Below, piece after piece: positions 61,315 to 64,000 of a stretch of DNA of 64,000 nucleotides (the stretch's first letter is position 1; the number at the start of each line of letters is the position of its first letter). Below the pieces are notes generated by a model. That model ran no database searches and was not told the DNA's origin. It saw nothing but the letters and a program-made list of their open reading frames with translations. Source of the DNA: Mobula hypostoma (lineage: Eukaryota); NCBI RefSeq assembly GCF_963921235.1, contig NC_086108.1, positions 31,436,001 to 31,500,000 on the forward strand, written 5' to 3'. A program made the position numbers and the translations under genes.

Positions 61315-62448
61315 AAAGCACACGGTATTGGGGGTAAGGTATTGGTGTGGGTGGAGAATTGGTTAGCAGACAGGAAGCAAAGAGTGGGAATAAACGGGAC
61401 CTTTTCAGAATGGCAGGCGGTGACTAGTGGGGTACCGCAAGGCTCAGTGCTGGGACCCCAGTTGTTTACAATATATATTAATGACTTGGATGAGGGAATT
61501 AAATGCAGCATCTCCAAGTTTGCGGATGACACGAAGCTGGGTGGCAGTGTTAGCAGTGAGGAGGATGCTAAGAGGATGCAGGGTGACTTGGATAGGTTGG
61601 GTGAGTGGGCAAACTCATGGCAGATGCAATTTAATGTGGATAAATGTGAAGTTATCCACTTTGGTGGCAAAAATAGGAAAACAGATTATTATCTGAATGG
61701 TGGCCGATTAGGAAAAGGGGAGGTGCAACGAGACCTGGGTGTCATTATACACCAGTCATTGAAAGTGGGCATGCAGGTACAGCAGGCGGTGAAAAAGGCG
61801 AACGGTATGCTGGCATTTATAGCGAGAGGATTCGAGTACAGGAGCAGGGAGGTACTACTGCAGTTGTACAAGGCCTTGGTGAGACCACACCTGGAGTATT
61901 GTGTGCAGTTTTGGTCCCCTAATCTGAGGAAAGACATCTTTGCCATAGAGGGAGTACAAAGAAGGTTCACCAGATTGATTCCTGGGATGGCAGGTCTTTC
62001 ATATGAAGAAAGACTGGATGAACTGGGCTTGTACTCGTTGGAATTTAGAAGATTGAGGGGGGATCTGATTGAAACGTATAAGATCCTAAAGGGATTGGAC
62101 AGGCTAGATGCAGGAAGATTGTTCCCGATGTTGGGGAGGTCTAGAACGAGGGGTCACAGTTTGAGGATAGAGGGGAAGCCTTTTAGGACCGAGGTTAGGA
62201 AAAACTTCTTCACACAGAGAGTGGTGAATCTGTGGAATTCTCTGCCACAGCAAACTGTTGAGGCCAGTTCATTAGCTATGTTTAAAAGGAAGTTAGATAT
62301 GGCCCTTGTGGCTACAGGGGTCAGGGGGTATGGAGGGAAGGCTGGGTTCTGAGTTGGATGATCAGCCATGATCATAATAAATGGCGGTGCAGGCTCGAAG
62401 GGCCGAATGGCCTACTCCTGCACCTATTTTCTATGTTTCTATGTTTCT
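61315..62448 (+). mobile_element. Young 5'-truncated CR1, same family as 35849-38467
   Basis: From AAAGCACACGGTATTG onward it is near-identical to 37326-38467; frame intact to the stop at 62352; (TTTCTATG)n tail. Confidence 0.96.
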
Positions 62449-63190
62449 ATATCCCGTCAGCCCTTGGGGCTTACCTATCCTAATGTTTTTCAAAAGTCCG
62501 AGCACATCCTCTTCCATAAAATCACCATGTTCTAGCAAATCAGCCTGTTTTACATGGTCCTCACAAAGGTCAAGGACCTCACAGTGGTGAATACTGAAAC
62601 AAAAGCATTCATTAAGGACCTTCACTACCTCCTTCCTCCAACTCCAGGTACATACTTCCTCTTCTATTGCTGACTGATCCAACCCTCATTCTAGTCATCC
62701 TCCTGTTCTTCACATATCTATAGAATGCCTTGGAGTTTTCCTTAATCCTACTCACCAAGGCCTTCTATGTCCCCTTCTAATTCTCCTAAGTCCATACTTC
62801 AGCTCCTTGGTTGCTACCTTGTAACTCCCAGGAGCCCCATCTGGTCCTTGCTTAGTAAACCTTAAGCAAGCATCTTTCTTTCTCTTGACTAGGTGTTCCA
62901 CATCTCTTGTCAACCATGGTTCTTTCACCCTACCATCCTTTAGCTGCCTCAGTGGGGCAAACCTATCCAGAACCCCATGCAAGCATTCACAAACCAACGT
63001 ACACATTTACATTTTGCATTTCCCTAAATACATCCGTTCCCAAATTTTGCTCCAAAGTTTTTGCATAGTAGCATTATAATTCATCTCCTCACAATTAAGT
63101 ACGTTCCCATACCATCAGCTCCTATTTCTATCCAAAGCCATGATAAAGGTCAGGGAGATGTGGTCACTGTTTCAGAATGCTCATCCATAC
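62449..63190 (-). mobile_element. Degenerate CR1 internal fragment
   Basis: EDVLGLLKNIRIGKPQG; KEPWLTRDVEHLVKRKK. Confidence 0.75.
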
Positions 63191-63334
63191 TATACAATCC
63201 ATTCTTTATAGCAAGCAGAGGAAAGCAGTGACCAACCTTGCCAGCATTTATTTATGGTTGTTTCTGGTTGATGTCCAGCTTGTCACATTCCCCAGAAAAA
63301 AGTTTTGGTGCTTTAGCTGTAGACTGAGCACTTT

Positions 63335-63335
<1 letters not shown>

Positions 63336-63379
<44 letters not shown>

Positions 63380-63412
63380 TGTATGAGAGTGTGTAGAGAG
63401 AGAGTGTGTATG

Positions 63413-63486
<74 letters not shown>

Positions 63487-63496
63487 CGTGTGTGTG

Positions 63497-63570
<74 letters not shown>
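63336..63570. repeat. (GA)n/(GT)n compound microsatellite
   Basis: Seen directly. Confidence 0.97.
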
Positions 63571-63571
<1 letters not shown>

Positions 63572-64000
63572 ATCCACATAGTATCCAATGAGTTTAAGAA
63601 CGCATGGTGAAATGTGCAGTTGATAGCAGAGTTACCCTTTAATTGGTAGCTAAATAGCACGCTCCTTTTTTTTAGTTTTGTGATTGTTCATGAGTCTATT
63701 TTTGGATTTTGAAACTCCAGTTTATTTCACATGGTCTTGAAATGTGTTGTGCAGGAGTTATGTGATGGGGTGCACATCCGGTGTTGTAAACTATTAGACG
63801 TGCATCATTACTGCAAATATTTGATACAATTTTGTTACCTGCAAAACTCTGTTCACTTGAATGATTGCTCACATGTATATGTGTAGGATCACAGAGCAAA
63901 CCTGTGTGGATAAAATTTGCTCTTTTTTTTTTGCATGTTGGCTGTTTGATGTTTTCTATGAATAGCACCATGGTGATTCTTTGTTTCATGCCTGCCTGTG

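Noticed and set aside
61204..62352. Novel 382-aa fusion protein
   Set aside because: Chance in-frame join of a Rex 3' remnant to a truncated CR1, with a non-ATG start.
63248..63660. His/Thr-repeat proteins
   Set aside because: Translations of the (CA)n/(TC)n microsatellite.

Overview
Eukaryotic, repeat-saturated vertebrate DNA. The mix of CR1, Penelope-like, V-SINE-type and Rex elements suggests a cartilaginous fish, probably a ray; this is an inference. No host protein-coding gene can be identified with confidence, and almost every long ORF derives from a transposable element. Most of the window is nested mobile DNA: many CR1 LINE copies (one young family in three near-identical copies), an L1, an L2, Rex1/Babar-type LINEs, a HERO/R2-type LINE 3' end, Penelope-like elements, RTE-like non-autonomous elements, tRNA-derived SINEs, two Tigger/pogo derivatives, two Tc1 derivatives (one holding a 10 x 40 bp minisatellite), two hAT fossils and a short Gypsy integrase fragment. 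Three signals stand out. (1) A minimal hammerhead-ribozyme motif can be reconstructed from the Penelope-like termini, including 98 bp and 147 bp solo insertions flanked by long target-site duplications. (2) A CpG-rich unique island at about 26.8-27.0 kb carries two NF-kB-like sites, CCAAT boxes, a CRE half-site and a minus-strand splice donor; it may be a promoter and first exon, with a candidate downstream exon at 14331-14634. (3) Several nested insertions and deletions can be read to the base. Repeat boundaries are approximate unless a TSD or TIR is quoted. Family names come from recognised motifs, not from database searches.
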